Assembly: GCA_965203295.1 (NCBI GenBank)
Contig: CBDBCZ010000017.1
Coordinates: forward strand, 1,568,001 to 1,632,000
Direction of reading: 5' to 3'
DNA length: 64,000 bases
Source of the DNA: Nitrospirales bacterium
GTDB lineage: Bacteria > Nitrospirota > Nitrospiria > Nitrospirales > UBA8639
This document shows positions 23,136 through 35,064 of the stretch, one piece after another. The notes under the pieces were generated by a model. That model had not been told where the DNA came from and ran no database searches. It saw only the letters and a list, made by a program, of their open reading frames with translations. The first letter of the stretch is position 1. Each line of letters begins with the position of its first letter. The position numbers and the translations under genes are program-made.

Positions 23136-25016
23136 CAGCAGAATATGAAGCAAAAATTCAACACATCGCGTAAATTTCAATTATAACACCTGTACTACTA
23201 GACTGTACTATACTGTCTCATCCTAATATATTAATATATCTAGTGGTTTACTAACATCAATGTATGCAATGGAAGGGTATACTCAGAACGTAACCAAGTG
23301 GAAAAGAAAAAAAAGGCTATGTAAGTGCATTCTAAATCTTGTAAAATACCATGCCAATGTGGGCACAATCATGGAACATAAACCTTTTCTGTAGAGAATA
23401 CCACAACAAGAGAATGCCTCTGACTGCGGCGTGTTTGTTTGCAAGGTACAAGGTAGTGAATATAGGAGGCTAACAAAATGTTGATGTTCACATTCTGTAA
23501 TCTTACAGTTTGCTTCCTGTGAAATGAGGGATGAAAGACAGCAATTTGTGGTACACTTTTTTATTTAAACGGTATATCATCATGCATGCATGCATAACAA
23601 GTTTGTCTGCTTCAGACAACACCCTTGGAATTGAGAAAGTGGCTACTACATGAAATCCTGATCAGGTCAGCGCTTATTGCAATAGCTAATGTATTGCACA
23701 GCTAGGATCTGTATGGTGCAAATAAATAGTTTATTACATAAATATATCATGATCACTTACAGTCCACTCCAACTGGAAGCTGTACAGATTAACGAAGCAT
23801 GTGCGTCACTCAAGAAGGAGTTCGAGGAGAGGTTAAACATAAAACTCTGTACTCCAAAGGTATGTCTCTAATAACACATTAATACCACATTGATTTTGAA
23901 CAATAACAGGGTCATGTTGTTGCTTTTTTTGGACAGAAACATTACAAAAGAAAACCAACTGGTAGGTAAACTTTACCGCATAATCATACAGGCCTTGATC
24001 TACTAACTTTGAGTGATATTTCATTTCAGACTCAGAGGATGCATCCGATGCATCCACTGAAACCTCTAGTGCAGAAGATGATGAGATATATGGTAGGCTA
24101 GGCTTCGGCCAGAATCTTCTTTGCTGTGCTTGTACATGAATCTACATTTACTCAGTGTGCCCTTTATTACTCACAAATGCATGGCTAGGAGATATCCAGA
24201 TCCTGGTGCCTTCCTTCTTGGAGCGCTCTGTCCCACAGGAGGAATCCTTGTTTAGATATGTAACAAATGAACAACTTTATATACGAACCATTAGAGGTTT
24301 GCTCTATTCTGGACATGGACCTCCGATGAGGTGAGCATGCAATATTATTGTAAGACGCATACATGTACTCAAAACAATCATGATTGTATGCATTGTCTCT
24401 TACAGAGATGGATGTCTAGAGATAACAAGAAATGTGATACATTCAGCTCTGAAAGAGGCGGAGGTTTGTTGACACATGCATGTACACAATAATATTTGTT
24501 AGGAAAAGCAATTATTAATGAAGCATGAACAAAAGCGATGTATTTGCTGTAGGGGTGGTTGTTATGTGTTGCAGCGCATCCTGGGCAGAGTGAGTTTGGG
24601 AAAAACTTGGAAGCCGTACCTACCCTGAAGGAAAGAGCCACTCCAGCAGATACTTGGCCACTTACACATCCTATGATTGTAAGAAAATACTAAAATTAAT
24701 GTTACAATCATGCAGATCAACACATCAATTACTTATGATACAGGTGATGGAAATTTTATATTTCTTGACAACCATTGCTGAACATGCAAAGAAAGAAGAC
24801 CCAGGAATCCAGCACCCTGCAGCACGAGTTGCTCGTGAAATTCTCTGGCCAGAGGTCAGAAACACCTGCATGACTGTGGAAACAAATACAATGTATAAGC
24901 CTTTAAAATATGCCCTTGTACACTTCTTGCAGGCGATGGTCACGATCATCAGTGTTGCGTTTAACATTGAGTACAGTTTGGCCAAGCAGAGTTATATAAG
25001 CCGATCCATGAACTGA
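23084..25016 (+). pseudogene. Spliced C-terminal half of a Ulp1/SENP (C48) protease plus unknown C-terminal exons, within the Ginger-like element; probably defective
   Basis: Exons VFNMQKKKFCSYDSL (23084-), RIPQQENASDCGVFVCK (23395-23445), TTPLELRKWLLHEILI, ...AKQSYISRSMN*; AATAAA ~25107; catalytic His exon not found and exon phases mismatch. Confidence 0.7.
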
Positions 25017-25672
25017 AGAAGTCAATATCACAGGAACAGGATACTGAATAGTAATTTAAAATGTAATGTAGTATTTTGTACATTACTACTGTTGGACATT
25101 ATTATCAATAAAAATATTAGTGACACAACTACAACTACAAAGGACCATGAATACATGATATCAGATTGGCTAGTGGATGCTTAAATGATCTCACTACCCA
25201 CCTGGGCATTTAAATGATAATCATTTCTACAGCTAAAAGACCCAGCATGGGTGTAAACTGCCATGTCAGTTAGTGGAAGAACCATGTAGATGATATTTCA
25301 ACAGCCGATGGACACTTTATAGACTCCACGAATATAAAATTAGCTATGGCTTTCACTAACCGGCGGTCTCCTACACTGCCACGAGCATGCAACAGCTATA
25401 AATGATTGATGAACAATTCACAAGCGTCCTGGTAGTAGGCTCACAACACAAGCAACCAGGCTACTCTTGGCAGAGTCATGTCCGTTGCAGTCTCCTACGT
25501 ACGTTGTCACGAGCAAGGCAAACCATGTCACAATGAATCTGAATCGTGAACAAAATCTGTCTACATAGGATTTTATCGACCGTGTATTTATTTTTGCAAG
25601 GCGCATATAATAGGAGTGCAAGTTCTTTACGGTAGCGCCGTGTCCGGTCCGGTAAACTCCAGTGCCTTGCTG

Positions 25673-27051
25673 TTAGCTGCTGACTGCCAGCATTCTGGAT
25701 GGCTCTGTATATGAGCCTATTATGTTCCAAAATGTGAACAACCAACACAGCTCAGTGGTGCAGTGTATCACTCCATAATAAACTTCATCTTGTCCTACAG
25801 GAAACAGTAGTGATATTACGCAGTATAAACACAGAAAGGCAAACCGTACTAAATTATACTAGTGTCTGCCTTGCTCGTGGCAGTCTCCTACACTGCCACG
25901 AGCAAGGCAAACAATGGTCAATGATGTACTAGAGTGTCACAGGGGAGGCTCTGGAACCACTACAATAAGGCTCAGAGCACAAGCAACCGTTCCGCCACGA
26001 GCAAGGCAAACAATGGTCAATGATGTACTAGAGTGCATGTCACAGGGGAGGCCATTGACCACTGTTTGCCTTGCTCGTGGCAGTGTAGGAGGCTGCCACG
26101 AGCAAGGCAGTTTTTCTGTGGAACGGTTGCTTGTGCTCTGAGCCTTATTGTAGTGGTTCCAGAGCCTCCCCTGTGACATGCACTCTAGTACATCATTGAC
26201 CATTGTTTGCCTTGCTCGTGGCAGTGTAGGAGACTGCCACGAACAAGGCAGTTTTTCTGTGGAACGGTTGCTTGTGCTCTGAGCCTTATTGTAGTGGTTC
26301 CAGAGCCTCCCCTGTGGCACTCTAGTACATCATTGACCATTGTTTGCCTTGCTCGTGGCAGTGTAGGAGGCTGCCACGAGCAAGGCAGTTTTTCTGTGGA
26401 ACGGTTGCTTGTGCTCTGAGCCTTATTGTAGTGGTACCAGAGCCTCCCCTGTGACACTCTAGTACATCATTGACCACTGTTTGCCTTGCTCGTGGCAGTG
26501 TAGGAGACTGCCACGACAAGGCAGTTTTTCTGTGGAACGGTTGCTTGTGCTCTGAGCCTTATTGTAGTGGTACCAGAGCCTCCCCTGTGACACTCTAGTA
26601 CATCATTGACCATTGTTTGCCTTGCTCGTGGCAGTGTAGGAGACTGCCACGAACAAGGCAGTTTTTCTGTGGAACGGTTGCTTGTGCTCTGAGCCTTATT
26701 GTAGTGGTTCCAGAGCCTCCCCTGTGACACTCTAGTACATCATTGACCACTGTTTGCCTTGCTCGTGGCAGTGTAGGAGGCTGCCACGAGCAAGGCAGTT
26801 TTTCTGTGGAACAGTTGCTTGTGCTCTGAGCCTTATTGTAGTGGTTCCAGAGCCTCCCCTGTGACACTCTAGTACATCATTGACCACTGTTTGCCTTGCT
26901 CGTGGCAGTGTAGGAGGCTGCCACGAGCAAGGCAGTTTTTCTGTGGAACGGTTGCTTTGTGCTCTGAGCCTTATTGTAGTGGTTCCAGAGCCTCCCCTGC
27001 TACAATAAGGCTCAGAGCACAAGCAACCCTTCTACAGAATAGCTGCCTTGC
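25673..27051 (-). mobile_element. Fragment C of the same family in reverse orientation, with an internally inverted 7-unit array (26053-26999)
   Basis: 25673-25865 is the reverse complement of ~21035-21220 and matches 37831-38020; 137-bp units switch strand at 26053 and 27000. Confidence 0.8.
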
Positions 27052-27055
27052 TTTT

Positions 27056-30000
27056 GGACGTACTTTCGACTTAGTCTCTGGAGCACAATTCTGATTTACA
27101 TATCTGCGCATGCGCAAATTGAATTTCGACCTTTGACCTTGGGCGGAGACATGACCAGCCATGCCAGTTTACATCACTATCACCATTTTCCAGCATTTTG
27201 CTGTCCAAGTAGTATATTTGCTTTTAATGAGTGCAGCCTTCGACCCTTGGGTTCATTACGAGTTGGCATACAGTATCTGGAAATGCTTTGTGGAGACTCT
27301 GCACTGAGACTGGAGCCTTTGGGTGGACGTCCAGCAACCACCTTTCCCTTACCCCGTGGTCGTCCCTTTTTCCTCCGCCCAGCGGCAGTGGCCTGAACAG
27401 CAATTCGTTTGCCATGCCTTAGCTGCCCAGCCTGTAGTGTTGTTGTAGTACCCATCTCCCATCCAAACTGGTGAAAGGCTGTAGCCAATTTAGAAGAAGA
27501 ATGCTGACCTGAAAGCTTGTCAAACCGTACCAGAAATTTGGAAACTCCAGTAGTGAGTTGTGGGTCGTGACTTTTGAGTTTGTTCTTAAGTGTCTCAGCC
27601 ACTGCATCAATTCTGTCACAAAGTGCACTGTATTCTTCCTCTTTGCTATATTCAAATGTAGAGTTATCAATCTGTTCCTTTTCCATTTCATCGTCCAGAG
27701 AGCCTGCCCTAATAAGGTCCCATTCAGTTCCCTCAAAGTTCGGCTCTCTATTCTCAGATGTTGATTCCTGTGTTGGTCCATCGTTAGGCTCACTTCCATA
27801 TTGCTTTTGCAGTTGTTTTTGATGAACTGATGTATAAAAAGCTAGGTCTTGTATAGCTCCTTCACCAAGAGCCAGTTTTGCAATATTTCTCCTCGCTGAA
27901 GCTGAAATTGTTGCAATATAATTGCAAGATTCATCACCGTATGTAACAACAACTGCAGCCTGATGGGAGCATGGGGAACCATCTAATCCCTGAAGACATG
28001 TGCATACGCCAATGTGGGTGTTAATATCATAGTACTTTCCTCTCACTGTCTGACTTCTCACTTTGTACCACCCCTGGTGATCACTTTTAGTAATATCCTC
28101 TTTGCTGATTTTTTTGGCATTAAGCCCTTGAAATCGGAGAGCGATATACGATTCCAGCCTGTTGTTTGCAACACTCACTAGCTTTCGCTTATAGTATAAT
28201 TCTAATGTTTCTACGACAAAATAGAACATTTGAACCAAATTATAAGCCTTTACTCGCCCAAATACAAGTTCCTTCAGAATTTTAATCCCGGCCTCTGCAT
28301 AATTGTTTGTATGGTTACCTCTGATTAGAAGAGCTGTTCGGAAGCAGTGTGCCCAGAAGGATCGCTTTTCCCATAGTGATGTCATGTGTTTAATGAAGTG
28401 AGGGTACTTTTGGGATGTTGCTGATGAAGTAAGGGAAACATATTGTGCTTGCAATTCCTTTTCTGATTTACAGTATACCAGAGTTCTTATTAATTGTATA
28501 AGAGTGATCCGGTCCTCATTCTGTATTTTGTTTTTACCATCATGAAGCCATGTCCATCGTCTTTGCAGGAAGTGAAAAGTACACAGGAGTAAACGTGCTG
28601 ATGGCCATGACTGGGAGAGTGCTGCCTGCTCAACAATGCTGTCATCAATCATGAAGACTGCTGGTCCAATACATGGCCCATTGCCATAAAAAGCATCAGA
28701 AGGTAGAACTTGCTTTACTGTCTCCATAGCCTGTTTTACTGTTTCCTCAGTTTCATCTGAGACCATAAATACTGCTAAAGGAATACCTGAGCAGGCATGT
28801 GTTGTAGAAAGCATGAACAAGGAGGTATTAAATCTATCCATTGAAGAGGAAGCGTCACAGAAGACAATTTCACCTGCCTGGCACACTTCTTTGTGTGCCC
28901 TAGCCATAAGAGGGGTGCAGACTGCTAATATTAGTGGCTTATTCGATGGCCTTTTCTTCTTCTTTTTTAATGGTGGTGGTTTTGTTTCAGATTCACCATC
29001 AGATTCCTCGCTTTCAGCTAGAGATTCATACCATTGTAGGATGGCCTTCCCCCCTGTTTCTCTGTTTTTGGTGTTATATTCATCCACTTTCTCCTGGAGC
29101 TGTTGGAATAGTTCCTTACCATCATCTTTGCCATAGTTAAGCTCTCTCCACTTTGTAAAGAGACGACAGATGTCCTGTAGGAGTGGGTTGTTAGCACGAT
29201 CAGCTAGAATTTTTTGTGCATTCATCTCACTAGTAGCCTGCAGGTACAGGGCTTGTTCGTGTGCATGGCGTGCTGAAGATGGACTGTGGCCATTATCAAA
29301 CAGAGTGAAGAAAGCCTGTTTGGTTTCTTCAAGAATATCTCGAAAACTGAGCACATGTGCTGAAGTGATTGGGTGGTTGTGTGTGAATTGAAGTTTTAAC
29401 ACAGCATTATGTGTTATCAAGTGTGGCTTTGACTCTGCTGCTAGTCTCTGCTTTTTTGTAGGTACCTGCACAGTTAGAATGAGGTTTGATGGACACTGTG
29501 TCTTTTTGTCTCGAACCATTGCTGTTAATGGTCTTCTAGCTTTCTTTGACTGGGCTAGAGCTGACTTTACTGTTTGTTTTTCAGATAGCTTTTTTCTGAA
29601 GTGTTGGCAGTGGCGCTCACTTTTGTACAATACTCGACGAAGACCTGGTTTGCTTGTACGTGTTACACGGTATGTAGTTAGACTGTGTTGCTGCATATTT
29701 TGTAGCCATTCTGTCGCTTCTTCCTCGTTCCTCAGGTTTATGCGCACTTGGCTGTCAAATGCAAATCCTGGAGCGCCAGGAAATGTCTCACACTGTTTTG
29801 ACTGGTAATCTTCAATGATATATGTATACTTGTCATCAGGGGGAAGAACAGCTTGTAGGTTACTGTGAAGTGCTTCCCACTTTACGGGAGTGAAAGTAAC
29901 TGGTGTATCAGTTTCTGATTTGAGGGGAGGATTTCTTTCAAAACTGTAACTGTTGACTGTTTCTGTGTCATCACTGCTATCTAGTACGATGGGTCTGGGC

Positions 30001-32334
30001 TTGGTAATATTCTGCTGTAGATCAAAGTCATCTAGTGACTCTGTATCAGTGTGGCTGTTACTAATACTACTGGATGCTTTGAGACTTTCACCAATTGTGC
30101 TAGATTTGGGCTCTGAAGCAAAGCTACCATTGGTGTGGTTTACTGACGAAATTGTAGCATGCTCATGGTTGTGGCTAGAACTGATATCTTGTGATGTATT
30201 CAGAGCACCTCTCTTCAGCTCTCTTGATACACTTTTTCGAATTGAGGGCATATCAGCCTATAATAAGGTACAGTAAATTTTGTCATGTATATATATTTAG
30301 TGATATGTGGCAATCCCATATAGAAATCAACTGTTGCATTATAATATTTGATTGTGTCACCGCATTCACAGCACTAGCTGTATCTCTGAACTTCTGTGTA
30401 AATGAAATTGCAAGTAACAATGCAGCCACGCATTGCATATAAACCCCACCCTTAACAGAAGTTCACAGATTCTGCACTTTGAACACAGTGACATGATCAA
30501 CATAATTATATGAGGGACTAACAGTTTTCTACCCAGGACTGTCACATATAATTGTTGGGTTTACCTGGGAGAAAGTCATGGGGAGATCCAAAACACAGCA
30601 TTTGGCATACTAAACAATGGCATAATGAATTTATTAGAACAGATCACTGTATACTAAAGTGGCATGCAACTACCTGAAGAACAAAAACACCACAGTCACT
30701 GGAGTTGTATTGCTGGGGTATATCCTGCAGAAAAGTGTACGTATGTAATAATTATACAAAATGCAACCACATGCATGCACAATTACAATTTTGGTGCATG
30801 TATATGTTCCTCACCCTTTCCACAGTAAAGATCCAATGATTGAAATCAATCGTTCTGCCTTCCTTTTCTGCTCTCTTTTCAAGAAAATTTCTGAAAGGTA
30901 ATCAATACTTTTAGGAGGTACAGTTTACCACATATGTGTCAACATGCAGTAAACAACTCTTCATGTAAGTATATCTCGGTTACGTGTAGGTGCTACAGGA
31001 AATGCTCACCTACCGTACAACTTGGAAGTAAGGTGAAGATGCCGGTGAAAAGGAGTCAAAATACTTCATTGTCTCTGCTTTCAAGTCAACAACCTACACG
31101 TATAATAAAATCAGTACATGTATGTAAATAGCATGTAGGCTTGTCCATGCATAGTTGTCACAGTTACGTACCATCAATGTCCAATGGCAGTCAAGGTGGT
31201 TGAAGACAATCAAGAGTTTGTTTGCTTTGAGAAGTTGCACCTGAGTAAAAAAGGTTTATATTCCATCCATTATAGTTTGTTTGGCTGTAATTTGTTAAAC
31301 TTCACAGTAACTGAAAGTAGAGAGGTACACGTGTTTCTTAGTTTTCATCCAAGGATCGTTTTATTCCCCGACCATTCCTTGAAACCTGTTGTATCCTGTC
31401 CCCTTTCCCACCTTTTTCTGGGTAGCATTATATGTAGCAGTTGGTTACATGTACCTTACGGTAGTATCCCACAACACTGTCAACACCTTCTTTAAGCATC
31501 TTCGTGGTAACTTGGCTGCTGATTACTTCCACTACCTGTGTGGATAAGTGTATAGTCCGTAGCACTACCTTGAAAGTCAAATTTGAGCTCACCATCGGTA
31601 CATCTCTCTTGATCATTTGCAGATATGCTGTTATGACCTATGTATGAAAGTAGAAGTGGAAGAGGAAACTGAGTCATGTTACCAGTGAGTATACTACTGT
31701 TAGAACCAAATTATAGAGCTGGTATTACTGTAGTATGTAATGCAAGCTGTACTCACATTGTCATTTAACCATTGTCCTCTGCACAGGCATTGCCAGTCTT
31801 GTTCTGTTAGAGTGGGTCCTGCATTTGTTCTCACTCCACCTCTGCCACTTTCATCCAAGACCTCTATGATATCGGCGTTGCCATCCATATTGCTGTACAA
31901 ATCATGTTGCAAACATGTGTATACATTAGTATGGCACTGTCATTACTGAGAAGCTAAAGCCCAGTGGCCTTGTTACCAGTGTCCACTCTTCTCCACTCAC
32001 AGTGGTATAGAGGCCTTGGTATGAGGCTAGAACTTGATCCCCTGGCCCGCGAGACTAGCCTGTGGTCAGCGCAGCCATCATGGGTTATATAAGTAGCATG
32101 AGCGCTAGCTTCAAAGTTATGATCTACTTTACACTGCTACACGTAGTTTCTTATGTACACTTCACTGAGGACTGAGGACTTCAGACCAGCAAGCCAGCTA
32201 TATAGCATACGTAGCTTGTAGTTTCCCGGGGAAAAAATTACACGCGCAGAAGGTCAAAGGTCGATACCCAATTTGCGCACGCGCAGATGTGCAAATCAGA
32301 ATTGTGCTCCAGAGACTAAGTCGAAAGTACGCCC
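27056..32334 (-). mobile_element. Mutator-like element (MULE), ~5.3 kb, with ~85-bp TIRs
   Basis: ggRcgtactttcgacttagtctctggagcacaattctgattt...cgacctttgacctt at 27056-27140, inverted at 32250-32334; no TSD. Confidence 0.85.
27180..31888 (-). CDS. Ulp1/SENP SUMO-protease - MULE transposase - SWIM zinc finger fusion protein (8 small exons plus one 3-kb exon)
   Basis: Exons QWLNDN / VITAYLQMI / VVEVISSQ / DCHWTLM / VVDLKAETMKYFDSF / NFLEKRAE / DIPQQYNSSDCGVFVLQ / YAKCCVLDLPMTFSQ spliced phase 0 at 30565>30257 to ADMPSIRKSVSREL; transposase VFCDAS, FMIDD, CTFH, HTNNYAE; SWIM CTC..PCSH. Confidence 0.88.
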
Positions 32335-32580
32335 AAAAAAAAAATTCGCCCGGACCGGACACAGCGCTACCGTAAATAACATCCACTCCTATTATACGCG
32401 CCTTGCATAAACAAATACACGGTCGAAAAAGTCATAATCATATAGACAGAGTTTGGCTCACGATTCATTTTGCCATGGTTCGCCTTGCTCGTGACAACGC
32501 ACGCAGGAGACTACAGCGGGCGTGACTCTGTCTAGAGTAGCCTGGTTGCTTGTGTTGTGAGCCTGCTACCAGGACGCTAG

Positions 32581-33200
32581 TTCATTAATCATTCACAGCT
32601 GTTGCTCGTGGCAAGGCAGTTTTTCTGTGGAACGGTTGCTTGTGCTCTGAGCCTTATTGTAGTGGTTCCAGAGCCTCCCCTGTGGCACTCTAGTACATCA
32701 TTGACCATTGTTTGCCTTGCTCGTGGCAGTGTAGGAGACTGCCACGAGCAAGGCAGTTATTCTGTAGAACAGTTGCTTGTGCTCTGAGCCTTATTGTAGT
32801 GGTTCCAGAGCCTCCCCTGTGGCACTCTAGTACATCATTGACCATTGTTTGCCTTGCTCGTGGCAGTGTAGGAGACTGCCACGAGCAAGGCAGTTATTCT
32901 GTAGAACAGTTGCTTGTGCTCTGAGCCTTATTGTAGTGGTTCCAGAGCCTCCCCTGTGACACTCTAGTACGTCATTGACCATTGTTTGCCTTGCTCGTGG
33001 CAGTGTAGGAGACTGCCACGAGCAAGGCAGTTTTTCTGTGGAACGGTTGCTTGTGCTCTGAGCCTTATTGTAGTGGTTCCAGAGCCTCCCCTGTGACACT
33101 CTAGTACATCATTGACCATTGTTTGCCTTGCTCGTGGCAGTGTAGGAGACTGCCACGAGCAAGGCATTTTTATTGTAGAACGGTTGCTTGTGCTCTGAGC
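32581..33200 (+). repeat. 137-bp hairpin array (~4.5 units)
   Basis: Hairpins at 32713, 32850, 32987, 33124. Confidence 0.95.
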
Positions 33201-33662
33201 CAAGTATCTGCTGGAGTGGCTCTTTCCTTCCAAGTTTTCCCCAAACTCACTCTGCCCAGGATGCGCTGCTGCAACACGTAACAACCACCCCTACAGCAAA
33301 TACATCGCTTTTGTTCATGCTTCATTAATATTTGCTTTTTCTAACAATTATTATTATTGTGTACATGTATATGTGTCAACAAACCTCTGCCTCTTTCAGA
33401 GCAGAATGTATCACATTTCTTGCTATCTCTAGACATCCATCTCTGTAAGAGGCAATGCATACAATCATGATTGTTGTGAGTACATGTATGCGTCTTGCAA
33501 TAATATTGCATGCTCACCTCATCGGAGGTCCATGTAGAGCAAACCTCTAATGGTTCGTATATAAAGTTGTTCATTTGTTACATACACTGTTAAAAAAGGG
33601 GTGTTAACCAAACACCTTTAGGGGCGCTATAGTCGCCGTGAACACCGAGCTCCCCATGGGTT

Positions 33663-33800
33663 CTATGTTACACCCTAAACGGTGGTATGTTACACCTTAA
33701 ACGGTGGTATGTTACACCCTTAACGGTGGTATGTTACACCCTTAACGGTGGTATGTTACACCCTAAACGGTGGTATGTTACACCTTAAATGGTGGTATAT
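33663..33800. repeat. 22-bp subterminal tandem repeat x6
   Basis: tatgttacacc(c/t)taaacggtgg. Confidence 0.9.
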
Positions 33801-35064
33801 CACCCTCATGCAGTGTTAAACATACACCCCCAGAGTTCAGGTGTATTTCTGCACTCCCATAATAATAAAACACTCACAAGTAGCCATTGTGGAATAAACT
33901 CCATAAAAATTTAATTGGTGACGACAAAATTGTACAATACAGCATAATATCAATGTTCAGGTTATTGAAATACAAAAAACACTACATGTAGTAGTTCGTG
34001 ACTTCATGCATTCTTTACTTGCGCTTGTAAGATTGAAGTTCCTTCTGCCACAATGAAACGGCATGGCTTGTGAGAGTTCCTTCAGCCACCAGCAGTGCAT
34101 GGTTGTGGCTGCTGTAACTCAGCAGCATCTACTTAGAGATCACAAATTTCCTGCATAGAACAATGTAGAATGTATGCACATAACAGCATGCAGACTTAGT
34201 GCTATGCATGCATGGACAAAATGATCAATAGTGGAAGTACTTACCCGGCATAAAGTCAACCACATTCTTGAACGTGGTCACACAGCATAGAGTGCCAAGT
34301 ACTGCAAGGGTGAGAGTAAGTGAACATTCAATAACTCCTGTTCAGTACAATCGGGTGAAGCTTACCCCACCCCCAACTAGGTGAAATAAAGTCTTCTCAA
34401 AACCATAGCTATAGTCTATGTGTGAAACCAGTCCTACACGTACCTCTACAGTATACAGGATTAGTGTAGTTTAATCCTCCCCAGAGATGCTATTGTAAGC
34501 TAGCTAGACTATGTATCACCCACACAGTTAGGGGAGAGAGGCCACAGCTCTTCCTTTTCAGTTCTTCCATCATGGTATAGTTTCTGCAAACAGCTTTCTT
34601 TGCTGACCTGTATGGAACAAATGTTTCATAGTACTTTGCTTTGCAGTTACATGTACTGTACATAAATAAGTGTTATAGCTAACTCAGTTTCACTTACTTT
34701 TAGTAGGTCATCTTGGTTGGTGATGGCTCAAACACTTGTGGGAAAGCTCTTGAAACAATTCCAGCAGGACTTGTCAATGCTAAGCAATAGTAACTATAAC
34801 TTAACTGTAGCTAGCAATGAGTGGTAGCAGTAACTGTGACAATTTTTGAAAAATTCACACCAGACTACATTCCAACTACAGGTGACAATAGCACGTATGC
34901 ATTCTCTTTTCAAAGGGTCAACATTACATCATACAATACTGTACTTTGCCATCTCTTACTGCAAGTTTCCCAGGCAGGACCTTAAGAAATTTCCAGTAGG
35001 GATGCATTACTCGCCTTCGACTTAGCTGTTGTACTTATAATAGTTGTGAGAGTTGGTGAACACA

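Larger units (their letters stand above)
13722..23327 (+). repeat. Second copy of the segmental tandem duplication (matches 1-10262)
   Basis: Identical ORF track; offsets 13798, 14072, 13128 and 13065 are explained by 274-, 944- and 63-bp indels. Confidence 0.97.
19264..25672 (+). mobile_element. Ginger-like DNA transposon copy A2: TIR, hairpin array, integrase, Ulp1-like and unknown exons, right TIR lacking its outermost ~27 bp
   Basis: Left gcaaggcactggcgtttaccggaccggacacggcgctaccgtaaa..cttgcactc is inverted at 25613-25670; TGT start; no TSD recoverable. Confidence 0.75.

Noticed and set aside
25914..27094. Many short ORFs (also 6411-6743, 32602-33284, 38016-38327)
   Set aside because: Translations of the 137-bp repeat, whose length is not a multiple of 3
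27180..30251. Zisupton (SWIM plus Ulp1)
   Set aside because: Catalytic core has the MULE pattern (D, DD, CxxH, TNNxxE) followed by SWIM, and Ulp1 is N-terminal
27072..32318. MULE termini as TAGTCTC..GAGACTA (Academ-like)
   Set aside because: Inverted identity continues at least 16 bp further out and there is no direct TSD
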